64,000 nt of DNA. Source: Candidatus Limnocylindrales bacterium (GTDB lineage: Bacteria > Chloroflexota > Limnocylindria > Limnocylindrales > CSP1-4). The notes beneath the pieces were generated by a model. The model worked only from the letters and a program-made list of their open reading frames with translations, was not told the DNA's origin and did no database searches. The position numbers were made by a program, and so were the translations under genes. Positions 52,073 through 61,761 of this stretch are shown one piece after another (within the stretch, counting starts at the first letter, position 1; each line of letters opens with the position of its first letter). The stretch spans positions 6,704-70,703 of the forward strand of contig JBEKPB010000003.1 in assembly GCA_049521175.1 (NCBI GenBank). Direction: 5' to 3'.

Positions 52073-53332
52073 TTATCGGAGATCGCCGGTCATCACCGTC
52101 GGAACGATCGGAGTCAGGTCCGGACCGACCGTCACGGCAACGAGCCGTGCGTTGAAGACAACGAGATTCGAGATCACGAAGATCGGGGATGGGCTGCTCG
52201 ATGGCGTCGTCCAGTTGCGCCCATCAGTAGAGGCCCAGAACGCAACGCCGGAGGAAGCATCCGTGCTCGAACCTGGACTTGCCGCGGTCCCTGCAGTCGC
52301 GGAGAGGGCGCTCAGGACAATCGTCCCTGACAGTTCCGCGCCTGCGCGGATCTCGGTGAAGGAAGAGGTGTAGCCAAGTACGGGCACCGTGGCTCGAGCG
52401 CAGGTCAGGTCATTGCCGCAGGTCAGAATCGCGCTCCCGGGCACACCGTGGCCGAGGACGGCGAGGGTGTTGCGCAGTGGGATCAATTGGCTGGGGTAGA
52501 AGGACGGATCCGACGGCGACTGCGCGAGGCTCCAGACGGCGCCGTCGGGAGAGGTCCATAGCAGGAGGTCGTTGGCGTCCTGCGAGCGACCGATCGCAAC
52601 GAAGCGATCTCCCCAGACGGTCACGTCCACCGCATCTCGGCCAGCTCCCGGCAAAGAGACGCTCCTCCAGCTCGATCCACCGTCGGTCGAACGCCACCCG
52701 GCCGCATTGCCAGAGAAGTCGACCCCGACCGCGACGAGGACGTCGGGCCGGCTTGCGACGCTGAGCATCCGACCGGCCGGCCCTTCGACGCTCGCACTCA
52801 CCCATGTCTTGCCATCGGACGTCCACCAGGCAGCAGTCCGATCGACCCCATCACCCGTCTGCTCGCTGCCCACCAGGACCGCGCTGCCGCGCCCGTTGGA
52901 GGAGGCGTCGGCGAAGGTCGAGCTTTCCGTCCCGGGTGATTTGACTGCGTCGATCCCGGCCTGCCTGTTCCACTTGAGGCCGTCCGTGCTCGCCCAGATG
53001 CCCTCGGAAGCGCTCATGGTCCCGTCGCCCACCCCGTTGGCCGAGGCGATCAGGTAGAGCTGGTCCCCGATCGACACGAGCCGCTCGAACGCCACGGCCG
53101 TCGGCGGTGAAATGTCGCCCGACTGCCACGAGATCGCCGTTGCCAGGCCGGAGTTCGTGGGACCCTGGCTTCCGCCCCGAGTCGCGACGACCACCAATCC
53201 GACCAGAACCGTTAGGGCGGCCGCCAGCCCAACCACGGAGAGCGACGCACCCCGCAGCGAAACCCGATGTGCCACTGGTGCGGCCAATTGAGCCTCCTCT
53301 GCCTCAATCGACATTCGTCCGTCCGCAGACAT
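52073..53332 (-). CDS. Membrane-anchored BNR/Asp-box repeat (beta-propeller) protein
   Basis: N-terminal TM; at least five S-x-D-G-x-x-W Asp-box repeats (STDGLKW, WTSDGKTW, RSTDGGSSW, WTSPDGAVW, ASTDGRNW). Confidence 0.65.
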   Translation of the reverse strand: MSADGRMSIEAEEAQLAAPVAHRVSLRGASLSVVGLAAALTVLVGLVVVATRGGSQGPTNSGLATAISWQSGDISPPTAVAFERLVSIGDQLYLIASANGVGDGTMSASEGIWASTDGLKWNRQAGIDAVKSPGTESSTFADASSNGRGSAVLVGSEQTGDGVDRTAAWWTSDGKTWVSASVEGPAGRMLSVASRPDVLVAVGVDFSGNAAGWRSTDGGSSWRSVSLPGAGRDAVDVTVWGDRFVAIGRSQDANDLLLWTSPDGAVWSLAQSPSDPSFYPSQLIPLRNTLAVLGHGVPGSAILTCGNDLTCARATVPVLGYTSSFTEIRAGAELSGTIVLSALSATAGTAASPGSSTDASSGVAFWASTDGRNWTTPSSSPSPIFVISNLVVFNARLVAVTVGPDLTPIVPTVMTGDLR

Positions 53333-53423
53333 CGACTATAGAAGCGGTGGGGCTCGGAGGGGCTCTCAGTTTCGACCGAGTCGGAGGAGTCTTGCGGCCC
53401 ACGCCGGCCAGTGGCCTGCGCGG

Positions 53424-54326
53424 CTAGACGCCCTGGGTGAGACCGGCCAGCTGGCGCATCTCCGCCAGAGGTGGAACGGACGGGTCCTCGGCGACGAAGT
53501 TGAGCACGACATGGTCCGCACCGGCTTCGAAGCGCTCGCCGACCGCCGCCCGGATTCGATCGAGATCGCCCCAGGCGACGATTGCTTCAAACACCGCGTC
53601 CGAGCCTGGCGGCTCGAGATCGGCCTCGGACCAGCCGAGGCGAAGCAGGTTGTTCCGGTAGTTGGCGGAGCCCAGGTACCCGCTCATGTGTCGGTTGCCG
53701 ATAGCCCGTGCCGAGGACAAGTCCGCAGCGAGGACGACGGGCAGGTCTGCGGCCAGGAACGGTTCCGCTCCGAGGATCCTCCGGACCTCCCGCACGTGCT
53801 CCTTCGTCGAGAAGTACGGGTACGCGCCGGCGGTGCGCTCGCCGGCCAGGCCAACCATCTTCGGCCCCAGCGCTGCCAGGACGATCGGAGGAAGACCGGC
53901 TTCAGGACCGCGCCACGGCGCGGCCTCCAGTGCCACCAGGTACTCGATCATCGCGGAGTAGGGCTTGTCGTACGAGTGGCCTCGTACACGCACGAGCGGA
54001 GCATGACTGACACCCAATCCCATGATGAAGCGGCCGGGCCATGCCTCGGCCAGCGCGCGTCCGCCGTTCGCCATGGCAGCCGCGTCGCGCGCCCAGATGT
54101 TGGCGATGCCGCTGGCGACGATGAGCCTCTCAGTGGCGGCGAGATAGATCGCTCCTTGTGCGAAGGCCTCGCGCGCCAGGGCCTCCCCGTACCAGAGCGT
54201 GCCGTACCCGAGCCGCTCGATCTCTCGGGCCGTGTCGCGCTGGACGGAAGCGGGTTGCCCGGCGAGCGGTCCGGCAAATACGCCGATACGGCCGGGGTCG
54301 ATACCGTGCAGCCTGGTCAGTGCCAT
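53424..54326 (-). CDS. LLM-class (luciferase-like, probably F420-dependent) flavin oxidoreductase
   Basis: Trimmed to ATG at codon 86 (MALTRLHG...) with GGGAGA RBS; TIM-barrel LLM signature blocks. Confidence 0.8.
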   Translation of the reverse strand: MALTRLHGIDPGRIGVFAGPLAGQPASVQRDTAREIERLGYGTLWYGEALAREAFAQGAIYLAATERLIVASGIANIWARDAAAMANGGRALAEAWPGRFIMGLGVSHAPLVRVRGHSYDKPYSAMIEYLVALEAAPWRGPEAGLPPIVLAALGPKMVGLAGERTAGAYPYFSTKEHVREVRRILGAEPFLAADLPVVLAADLSSARAIGNRHMSGYLGSANYRNNLLRLGWSEADLEPPGSDAVFEAIVAWGDLDRIRAAVGERFEAGADHVVLNFVAEDPSVPPLAEMRQLAGLTQGV

Positions 54327-54339
54327 TGCGTCTCCCGTC

Positions 54340-55809
54340 TCATGATCTGGCCGACGAAGGCCGCGCCGCGGAAGTGGCAGATTCGGCGGCCCCGACGGCC
54401 GGCACCGTCTGACCGGGCCGATGCGATCCGCGCACCAGGCTGGCCACGATGCCGATGCAGCAGATGATTGCCGCAACCGCGAACGCGTCGTGGATGGCGC
54501 CGGCCAGCGCCTCGTTCCGGATTGCGGTCGTTGGCGCACCGTGCCCCAACTCGGCGAGATGGACCGGCAGTCGCGTGGCAACGATCGCCGCGCTCAGCGC
54601 GATGCCCAACGCCTGGCCGTTGACTCGCATCTGGGCGAGAGTACCTGAGGCGGTGCCGACGCGCGGTCGCGGCACCGAACCCAGTACGGCGCTGCTGTTG
54701 GGGCTCATGAAGAGGCCCTGGCCGATCCCCAGCAGGACGAGCCTCCAGATGAGGTCCGGCAGGGCGAAGTTGACCGAAAGCTGGGTAAGGCTGAGCAGGC
54801 CGAGAACCATGATCGCCATGCCCGCGCTTGCAAGAACCCGCGGCCCGAACCGGTCGGAGGCCGCCCCGCTGAACGGCGCCACCACGGCCATCGCGATCGG
54901 CAGGGGCGTGAGAAGCAGGCCCGCCTCGACCGGCGAGAAGCCACGCGCCTGCTGGAGCAGGAACGGCAGCAGGAAGGTCGCCGTGAAGAGGCCCAGGAAG
55001 GCGACCACGACGCTCGCCAGACCGGCCGTGAACGGTCTGATGCGGAAGAGCGCGAGGTCGATCATCGGCTGGAGACTGCGCCGCTCCACGAAGACGAACG
55101 CCGCGCCAAGGCCAACGAAGGCAACCAGGAGGCCGAGGATCGCCGGGCTCGTCCAGCCCCATTGCTGACCGTCGCTCAGGGCCAGGAGCAAGGCAAACAG
55201 GGCGGCACCCGAAAGAACCGCGCCTTCGACGTCGAACGATTGGCCTCTGCCGGGCTCCTCCTGGGGAAGGATCCGCGCCGCCCACAGGATCGCGATCACT
55301 CCAATCGGGGCGTTGATGAGGAAGATCGCGCGCCACGTTGCAGCCTGCGTGAGCAACCCGCCCAACGCCGGGCCGAGGCTCAGCCCGATCGAAACGCTGA
55401 CGCCATTGAGACCAAGCGCCCGCCCACGCTCATGCGCTGGGAAGGTCCTGGCAACGATCGCCGGACCCATGGCCATGATCATCGCCGCGCCGATTGCCTG
55501 GACCACTCGAAAACTGACCAGAGCCTCTGCGGTCGGAGAGGCTCCGCAGCAGACGCTGGCCACGGTGAAGACCGCGAACCCGACCAGGTATACGCGCTTG
55601 AACGTCAGCACTTCGCCGAGCCGGCCGACCGGCAGGAGAAGGCTGCCGACGACCAGCAGGTAGGCGACGACGACCCATTCGACGGTGGTCAGGTCTATCC
55701 GGAAGTCGGTCTGGATCGCCGGCAGGGCGATGTTGACGATGCTGCCGTCGAGCGTCGCCATCAGCGAGCCGAGCGAGACGCTGGTGAGGATCAGCCACTT
55801 CCGTTCCAT
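54340..55809 (-). CDS. MFS transporter, DHA2-like (14 TM)
   Basis: Trimmed to ATG (MERKWLILTS...); MFS motif A region and 14 hydrophobic spans. Confidence 0.8.
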   Translation of the reverse strand: MERKWLILTSVSLGSLMATLDGSIVNIALPAIQTDFRIDLTTVEWVVVAYLLVVGSLLLPVGRLGEVLTFKRVYLVGFAVFTVASVCCGASPTAEALVSFRVVQAIGAAMIMAMGPAIVARTFPAHERGRALGLNGVSVSIGLSLGPALGGLLTQAATWRAIFLINAPIGVIAILWAARILPQEEPGRGQSFDVEGAVLSGAALFALLLALSDGQQWGWTSPAILGLLVAFVGLGAAFVFVERRSLQPMIDLALFRIRPFTAGLASVVVAFLGLFTATFLLPFLLQQARGFSPVEAGLLLTPLPIAMAVVAPFSGAASDRFGPRVLASAGMAIMVLGLLSLTQLSVNFALPDLIWRLVLLGIGQGLFMSPNSSAVLGSVPRPRVGTASGTLAQMRVNGQALGIALSAAIVATRLPVHLAELGHGAPTTAIRNEALAGAIHDAFAVAAIICCIGIVASLVRGSHRPGQTVPAVGAAESATSAARPSSARS

Positions 55810-55942
55810 TTCGGGAACCCTACTAGAAGGCTTCGATTCGCGGTCCCGATGAGCCGGACTCCGAGGAATCGTTGCGCTCGCCCATCGGCCGACCGGGCAG
55901 CCGACCTGAGGCACGCCGCGGACGGGCAGAACGGTCGCGCGG

Positions 55943-56392
55943 CTACCCGACCGCCGCGCCGTCGAGGCCTGCGATCGTGACTTCGATCAGCGGACTGTAG
56001 GCAACCATGTTGTCGAGGTCGGTTCGTTTCCAGGCCCGGGCGACATGCTCGAGAACCGCTCGACGCTCAGACTCGTCCGTGATCTCGCGAGCCGTGGCGG
56101 GCAGATCGGCCTTCACGCCGCTCTTCAGATGCAAGATGAAGTGTGGGTCCGCCTCGAGGTTGGACAGCCAGGCTCGCTTGCGGTCTGCCCGCGGCTGGCC
56201 GCTGATGTAGATGCGCCCGCCGATCACGTGATAGACGATCTCGATGCGACGCGGCTGCCCGCTGCGCCTGCCCGTGGTGGTGATGTCAACTACGCCGCTC
56301 TGCGCCAGGGCGCGGCGGATCGAATAGTCCATGTGATCCCGGTCGCTCCGCGATGGTTGAACCTGCGCCGAGTCTACGACCGTCGCGGTCAT
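55943..56392 (-). CDS. Deazaflavin-dependent nitroreductase-family (DUF385/PNPOx-like split-barrel) protein
   Basis: ITTTGRRSGQPRRIEIVYHVIGGRIYISG matches the F420H2-dependent reductase (Ddn-like) family core. Confidence 0.7.
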   Translation of the reverse strand: MTATVVDSAQVQPSRSDRDHMDYSIRRALAQSGVVDITTTGRRSGQPRRIEIVYHVIGGRIYISGQPRADRKRAWLSNLEADPHFILHLKSGVKADLPATAREITDESERRAVLEHVARAWKRTDLDNMVAYSPLIEVTIAGLDGAAVG

Positions 56393-56443
56393 CGATCAGG
56401 TGGCGGCGCGGGCCGGCCCACGACGCGAGAGCCTCGCGCCCGA

Positions 56444-58051
56444 TCAGCGCGCGGCGCCGCCGGCAAGCTCCGCATGCCCACCGATGCCCACTTCCCCCAG
56501 AACCGCGGCAACCGCGCGGCGATGCTCCGGCGTACCGAAATCCTGGAGCGGATGACCCGGCAGGACGTGCTCGTCGACGTGACCGTCACGGCGCGCATAC
56601 AGAACCGGATACACCGCTCCCTCGGCATTGGCCTCGATCGTGGCCGCGACCGCATCCGGCCCGCCGGAGTCGAGAAAATGGGCCAGCGGGAGGAGCCCGT
56701 CGTCGGTGATGCCGCCGTCCGAATTGAGGGTCACGATGGTCGCCAGATAGGCACGTTGATGCCACAGCTCGGGCGCCCGGCAGATCTCGTCGAGCAGGAA
56801 CGGCAGAACCTCCGCGGAGGCCAGCCGGCGCCGGGGTCGTGGCACACCGAAGTGCTTCTCGGAGAGGTAGCCCGCCAGCAGGCGGGCGTTGTATCGGGCC
56901 CCGTGGACCGCGCCTGAGTTCGACGGCATGCCGTGCTTCTTCAGGCCCGCGGCACCCTGGCTGATCGTGCCGGCGAAGTAGATGCCCGGGACGGTTGCGC
57001 TCTCCCAGAAGGGCGTCTGGGCGGGCAGCCGGCTCGAGCCGAAAGTGGCCACGCCCAGCGTCGGAAGGTCACGCAAAGGGGCTACGAAGCCGGTCGCAGC
57101 TATCGCCTCGTCCACCTCGAAGTCGACCGCGTCACCACCGGCGGACGGTCTGACGGTGACTCGCAGCGTCTCTCCGGTCCGGACGATCCGGTCGATCGAG
57201 GCCTCGAGCACGCCGACGCCGCCGGCCAGCACATGGTCTTCGTACGGCTGAAGATAGCGGGCCCTGACGCCCACCAGCGAACGCGTGACGACCGACAACT
57301 TGGCCGGACTCGGGGAGGCTAGGACGATCGACCGCGCCCACGGCAGCAGCCCAGTGGCCAGCTCGAAACCCGAGTTCTGCTTGCCGACGATGAAGATCCG
57401 CTTGCCCGCATAGGTTTCCGGCGGACGTGTGTCGGCGTAATGAGGGGCCAGGTCGAGACCGGGGGTGGGCGGCGTGTACGGCTCCGCGATCCCGACTGCG
57501 AAGACCACGACCCGGCAGCGGTACTCGCCGTCCGACGTCGCGAGTACGAATCGCTCGCCCGCGGCCGTCTCCTCGTGCCTCGTCGCCTCCCACCGGCAGC
57601 CGTAGCGAACCTCGATCCCGGTCCGCTCGGCGAAGGAGACCAGGTTGCGCTCCATCTCCGGCCGAGACGGGAAATAAGACGTGCCGTCCATCAAGCCCGC
57701 CTGCAGGGCGCGGTTCTCGAGTTCGACCGCGAGCAAGCTGTTCCAGTCGTAGCGTTCGTAGGCGCGGCTGCCGCGTTCCGCCGGTGCATACGGTTTCGTC
57801 CAGCTCAGCAGCCGTTGGAAGAAGGGCCAGCGCCGGAACATGCCACCCGGCGCCGGGTCGTCCGAGATGACAGCGTGCTTGATCCCGAGGCGCCGCAGCG
57901 AGTAGCTGAGCTGGAGTCCGCCGGGTCCGCTACCGACGACCACGAGCGGGTATTCGCCCGGCGGGAAGGGTCGCGCAGCGGCATCCGGACTGGCCGTCGC
58001 CCGCGAGGTCGATCGTGGGGCCGTCGCGCGATGGGCCGATCGTGGCTCCAC
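56444..58051 (-). CDS. FAD/NAD(P)-binding oxidoreductase (flavin monooxygenase / pyridine nucleotide-disulfide-like)
   Basis: Dinucleotide-binding VVVGSGPGG near the N-terminus and a second GxGxxG (IFIVGKQNSGFE). Starts 3 nt after the upstream cNMP-binding gene. Confidence 0.65.
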   Translation of the reverse strand: MEPRSAHRATAPRSTSRATASPDAAARPFPPGEYPLVVVGSGPGGLQLSYSLRRLGIKHAVISDDPAPGGMFRRWPFFQRLLSWTKPYAPAERGSRAYERYDWNSLLAVELENRALQAGLMDGTSYFPSRPEMERNLVSFAERTGIEVRYGCRWEATRHEETAAGERFVLATSDGEYRCRVVVFAVGIAEPYTPPTPGLDLAPHYADTRPPETYAGKRIFIVGKQNSGFELATGLLPWARSIVLASPSPAKLSVVTRSLVGVRARYLQPYEDHVLAGGVGVLEASIDRIVRTGETLRVTVRPSAGGDAVDFEVDEAIAATGFVAPLRDLPTLGVATFGSSRLPAQTPFWESATVPGIYFAGTISQGAAGLKKHGMPSNSGAVHGARYNARLLAGYLSEKHFGVPRPRRRLASAEVLPFLLDEICRAPELWHQRAYLATIVTLNSDGGITDDGLLPLAHFLDSGGPDAVAATIEANAEGAVYPVLYARRDGHVDEHVLPGHPLQDFGTPEHRRAVAAVLGEVGIGGHAELAGGAAR

Positions 58052-58054
58052 CGG

Positions 58055-58477
58055 TCAGCCACGGGCCCGGGTCGTAGTCCGGAGCCGACGCGTCTGGTCT
58101 GTCAGCATCCGGTACATGACCGCGGGATGGGCGAGCAGGAAGTCGCGAAGCGCCGGCGCGGCCAGGTGCAGGCAACGCATCGGATGCAGCGCCACCACGT
58201 CCGCCGACGGAGGCTCGCCGAGCAGCGCCGAAACCTCGCCAAAGAAATCACCGCGTCCAAGGATTGCGGCGTTGCGACCGCCGGTCCGAACGGCAACCTC
58301 TCCGTCGAGGATCACGTAGAAGCCCGAGCCGGTGAGCCCCTCGCGCAGGATTCGCTCTCCTTCGCCGAACCACACTTCCTCGAACGAATGGGCGGCGGCG
58401 TCCAGCTGCGGGCGGGTGAGGTCGGCGAAGAGGGCGAGCGACCCAAGCTCGTCCGGGAGTTCCAAGAGCTGGGCCAT
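58055..58477 (-). CDS. Stand-alone cyclic-nucleotide-binding (cNMP, CAP-effector-type) domain protein
   Basis: FGEGERILREG...GDFFGEVSALLG phosphate-binding-cassette pattern; 140 aa with no output domain. Confidence 0.75.
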   Translation of the reverse strand: MAQLLELPDELGSLALFADLTRPQLDAAAHSFEEVWFGEGERILREGLTGSGFYVILDGEVAVRTGGRNAAILGRGDFFGEVSALLGEPPSADVVALHPMRCLHLAAPALRDFLLAHPAVMYRMLTDQTRRLRTTTRARG

Positions 58478-58691
58478 GAACCCTCCTCGAAGCGGGGCGG
58501 TCTTGGCGAAACCCTATGTGTGTAGCGCAGGTACCCCTTCAACACAAGGCGCCGACCGCGCTGCGCCGCGATCGTTCCCGTGCGTGCGACCTGGCGCGCC
58601 CCAGGCGCGACGTTCGTTGACTATCCCCGAGGGCGCGGTCAGCATGCGGCCACCCGGGAGCCAGGACGCGACGACAAAGAGGAGATGCCAT

Positions 58692-59120
58692 ATGACGCTC
58701 ACCCCGGACCAGCGCGCCCGTCTGCTGGCCGGCGTTGGGCTCTTCTCCGCGGTGGGCGACGCCGGCCGATCGGCCATCGCCGAGCGTGCTGTCGAAGTCG
58801 ACTTCCCGAATGGCCGGCGGATCGCCCGCCAGGGCGAGATCGAGACCGGCTTCTACATGGTCGTCACCGGCTCCGCAAGCGTGGTTCGAGACGGAGAGGT
58901 CCTAGCTCGGTTGGGTCCGGGCGACTTCTTCGGCGAGCTTTCGCTGCTCGACCGGCAGCCTCGGGTGGCGTCCGTCACCGCCGACGAGCCGACCACGTGC
59001 CTGGCCCTGGCGTCGTGGGACTTCCAGAAGCTGCTCGAATCCGAGCCCGGCGTCGCGCTGGCGGTCCTTCGGGAGGTCGCCCGCCGGCTGCGGGCAGTAA
59101 CCGTGGACCACCACGTCTGA
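58692..59120 (+). CDS. Stand-alone cyclic-nucleotide-binding domain protein
   Basis: Trimmed to ATG (MTLTPDQRARLL...) with AAGAGGAG RBS; GDFFGELSLLD PBC motif; divergent from the other cNMP gene. Confidence 0.75.
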   Translation: MTLTPDQRARLLAGVGLFSAVGDAGRSAIAERAVEVDFPNGRRIARQGEIETGFYMVVTGSASVVRDGEVLARLGPGDFFGELSLLDRQPRVASVTADEPTTCLALASWDFQKLLESEPGVALAVLREVARRLRAVTVDHHV

Positions 59121-59124
59121 CCCG

Positions 59125-61761
59125 ATGCAGCGAACAGTCGACCTCCCGACCGGAACCGTCACCTTTCTTTTCACCGACATCGAGGGCTCGACCCGGCTGC
59201 TGCAGGCGCTGGGTGCCGCATACCCGGACCTGCTGAGCCAGCATCACCACCTGCTGCGGGGCGCGGTCGAGGAAGCAGGCGGGGTTCCTGTGGGGACCGA
59301 GGGCGACTCGCTCTTCGCCGCATTCGACAGCCCGGTTGCCGCGGTCTCGGCCGCTGTGGCGGCGCAACGCGCGATGGCGGGTGCCAGCTGGCCGGGCGGG
59401 ACGGCAGTCAGGGTGAGGATGGGACTACACACCGGCGAGGGTCTGGTTCGCGATGGCACGTACGTCGGCCTCGACGTCCATCGGGCAGCCCGAATCGCGG
59501 CGGTAGGCCATGGCGGTCAGATCCTCATGTCGGATTCGACCCGTGCCCTGGCCGAGCAGAGCCTCCCGGCCGGGGTCGCGCTGCGGGACCTCGGCCGTCA
59601 CCGCCTCAAGGACCTGGCCCAGCCCGAGCGCATCTACGAGACCGTGATCGAGGGCCTCGCTTCTGAATTCCCGGCTCTGCGTTCGCTCGAAGCCGCGCCC
59701 AACAACCTTCCGACTCAGCTCACCAGCTTCGTCGGGCGCGGCCGAGAGGTGGCCGAGGCCAAACGCCTCCTCGGCACGACCAGGCTGTTGACCCTGACCG
59801 GCCCCGGCGGAACCGGCAAGACGCGCCTCGGCCTGCAGCTCGCAGCCGATTCGATTTCCGACTTCGCCGACGGGGTCTTCTTCGTCCCACTCAGTCCGAT
59901 CGAGGACTCCGACCTGGTGGCTCCCGCGATCCTGGTGGCGCTCGGCTTGCGCGAGTCGCCGAACGATCCGCCGGCGAACAAGCTCATCGAGTACCTGCGC
60001 GACCGCCACCTGCTTCTCATCGTGGACAACTTTGAACAAGTCATGCCGGCCGCGCGGTTGATCGGCGACCTCCTCAAGGCCAGCCCCCGCCTGAACGTCG
60101 TCGTCACCAGCAGGGCCACTCTCCACATATATGGCGAGCGCGAATACGCTGTCCCGCCCCTGACCCTGCCACAGCCTGGCGCAGCTATCGACCCTGCCTC
60201 CGTCTCGCAGTACGAGGCTGTCGCACTCTTCATCCAGCGCGCCGCGGCGGTCCGACCGGACTTTCAGATCACGGCCGCCAACGCCCCTGCCGTGGCCGAG
60301 ATCTGCAGCCGCCTCGACGGCCTGCCGCTGGCCATCGAGCTGGCTGCCGCCCGGGTCAAGCTCCTCCCGCCCCAGGCCCTCCTTGCCCGCCTTGGCCAGC
60401 GCCTCGAGGCGCTCGAGGCCGGCTCACGTGACTTGCCGGCTCGGCAACGAACCCTGCGCGGAGCCATTGCCTGGAGCCACGACCTGCTCGACGAGCCGGC
60501 CCGAAGGCTGTTCGCTCGCTTCTCGGTCTTCGTCGATGGGGCGAGTCTGGCGGCCGCGGAGGCGGTGTGCAGCGATGTTGGTCTCGACGTGCTGTCGGGT
60601 CTCTCCGGTCTGGTCGATCAGAGCCTGATACGCCAGGAGGAGACCGACGGAGAGCCGCGCTTCACCATGCTCGCCACGATCCGTGAGTTCGCCCTCGAGC
60701 GGCTTGCCTGGAACGGCGAGGTCGAGGCGATGGCCGGGCGCCATGCCGCCTTCTTCGTTGCGATGGCGGAGGCTTCGGCTCCCGGACTGACCGGCCCGAA
60801 CCAGAAGCGGCTTCTGGACGACCTCGTCCGCGAGAACGGCAACCTCCGGGCGGCGGTCAACTGGTCGATCGAAAGCAACTCAGTCGAGACGGCGCTGAGG
60901 CTGGGCTCTGCTCTGTGGCGGTTCTGGCAGATGCGGGGCATGTTGCGTGAGGGGGCGGCCGTCCTCGAGCGGACCCTGGCGGTGCCTGATCAGGACGGCC
61001 ACCCGCTGGAACGATCGAAGGCCCTGGAAGCCGCCGGCGGTGTGGCGTACTGGCGGGCAGAGATGACCAGCGCAATGGCGTACTACGAGGCTTGTCTGGA
61101 GCTGTGCCGAAAGATCGGCGACCGCCGGGCCATCGCCAACGCGCTCTACAATCTCGGGTTTCCGACGCTGATAAACCGGGAGGACATCCCCAAATCGCGC
61201 GCGGCCTTCGAGGAGAGCCTGGCTATGTACCGCGACCTCGGGGATACGGAGATGATCGCTCGCGTGCTGTGGGGGCTTGGGAACGCCTACTACTTCGGCG
61301 ACGACAACGAGGCCGCCCGAGACACGCTGGTCGAGGATGTCGAGATGCTCCGGCGCATGTCGGACCCTTTCAGCCTGGCCTGGGCGTTCCACACCCTCGG
61401 GCTCGCCTACGACAAGCTGGGCCAGACGGTGGCCCAGTCCGGACCGCTGTGGCGCGAAGCCCTCGAGCACTTCGCCGGCGTGGGAGACATTTCGGGCATG
61501 ACCATCCTGCTTGGAGACTTCGGAATCCTCGCAGCGGCTGAGGGCGACCTGCTGCGGGCGGTCCGCCTGAGCGCCGCGGCCGATCGGCTCGCCCGTACCG
61601 GCGGGACGGAGCTCGGGTCGCTGACCGAGCGCACCACCGCCGTTCATCCGGACACGAGCTCGCTCGACCCGGCGGACGTCGAGGCGGCGCTGAGCGAGGG
61701 CGGACGCATGACCGTCGACGCAGCCGTGGCCTATGCATTGGGGCGAGAGAGTCGTCCATGA
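59125..61761 (+). CDS. Class III adenylate/guanylate cyclase fused to NB-ARC/STAND AAA ATPase and C-terminal TPR repeats
   Basis: Cyclase domain (VTFLFTDIEGST...GLHTGE), P-loop GPGGTGKTRL, hhhhDN Walker B (LLLIVDNFEQV) and TPR-like helical repeats to the C-terminus. Confidence 0.85.
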   Translation: MQRTVDLPTGTVTFLFTDIEGSTRLLQALGAAYPDLLSQHHHLLRGAVEEAGGVPVGTEGDSLFAAFDSPVAAVSAAVAAQRAMAGASWPGGTAVRVRMGLHTGEGLVRDGTYVGLDVHRAARIAAVGHGGQILMSDSTRALAEQSLPAGVALRDLGRHRLKDLAQPERIYETVIEGLASEFPALRSLEAAPNNLPTQLTSFVGRGREVAEAKRLLGTTRLLTLTGPGGTGKTRLGLQLAADSISDFADGVFFVPLSPIEDSDLVAPAILVALGLRESPNDPPANKLIEYLRDRHLLLIVDNFEQVMPAARLIGDLLKASPRLNVVVTSRATLHIYGEREYAVPPLTLPQPGAAIDPASVSQYEAVALFIQRAAAVRPDFQITAANAPAVAEICSRLDGLPLAIELAAARVKLLPPQALLARLGQRLEALEAGSRDLPARQRTLRGAIAWSHDLLDEPARRLFARFSVFVDGASLAAAEAVCSDVGLDVLSGLSGLVDQSLIRQEETDGEPRFTMLATIREFALERLAWNGEVEAMAGRHAAFFVAMAEASAPGLTGPNQKRLLDDLVRENGNLRAAVNWSIESNSVETALRLGSALWRFWQMRGMLREGAAVLERTLAVPDQDGHPLERSKALEAAGGVAYWRAEMTSAMAYYEACLELCRKIGDRRAIANALYNLGFPTLINREDIPKSRAAFEESLAMYRDLGDTEMIARVLWGLGNAYYFGDDNEAARDTLVEDVEMLRRMSDPFSLAWAFHTLGLAYDKLGQTVAQSGPLWREALEHFAGVGDISGMTILLGDFGILAAAEGDLLRAVRLSAAADRLARTGGTELGSLTERTTAVHPDTSSLDPADVEAALSEGGRMTVDAAVAYALGRESRP

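Noticed and set aside
58055-61761. Pycsar-type cyclic pyrimidine defence system (cyclase plus cNMP-binding effector).
   Set aside because: The cNMP-binding proteins carry no TM or TIR effector domain, and the cyclase is a large AC-NB-ARC-TPR STAND protein rather than a compact PycC. It is retained only as a signalling-module observation.
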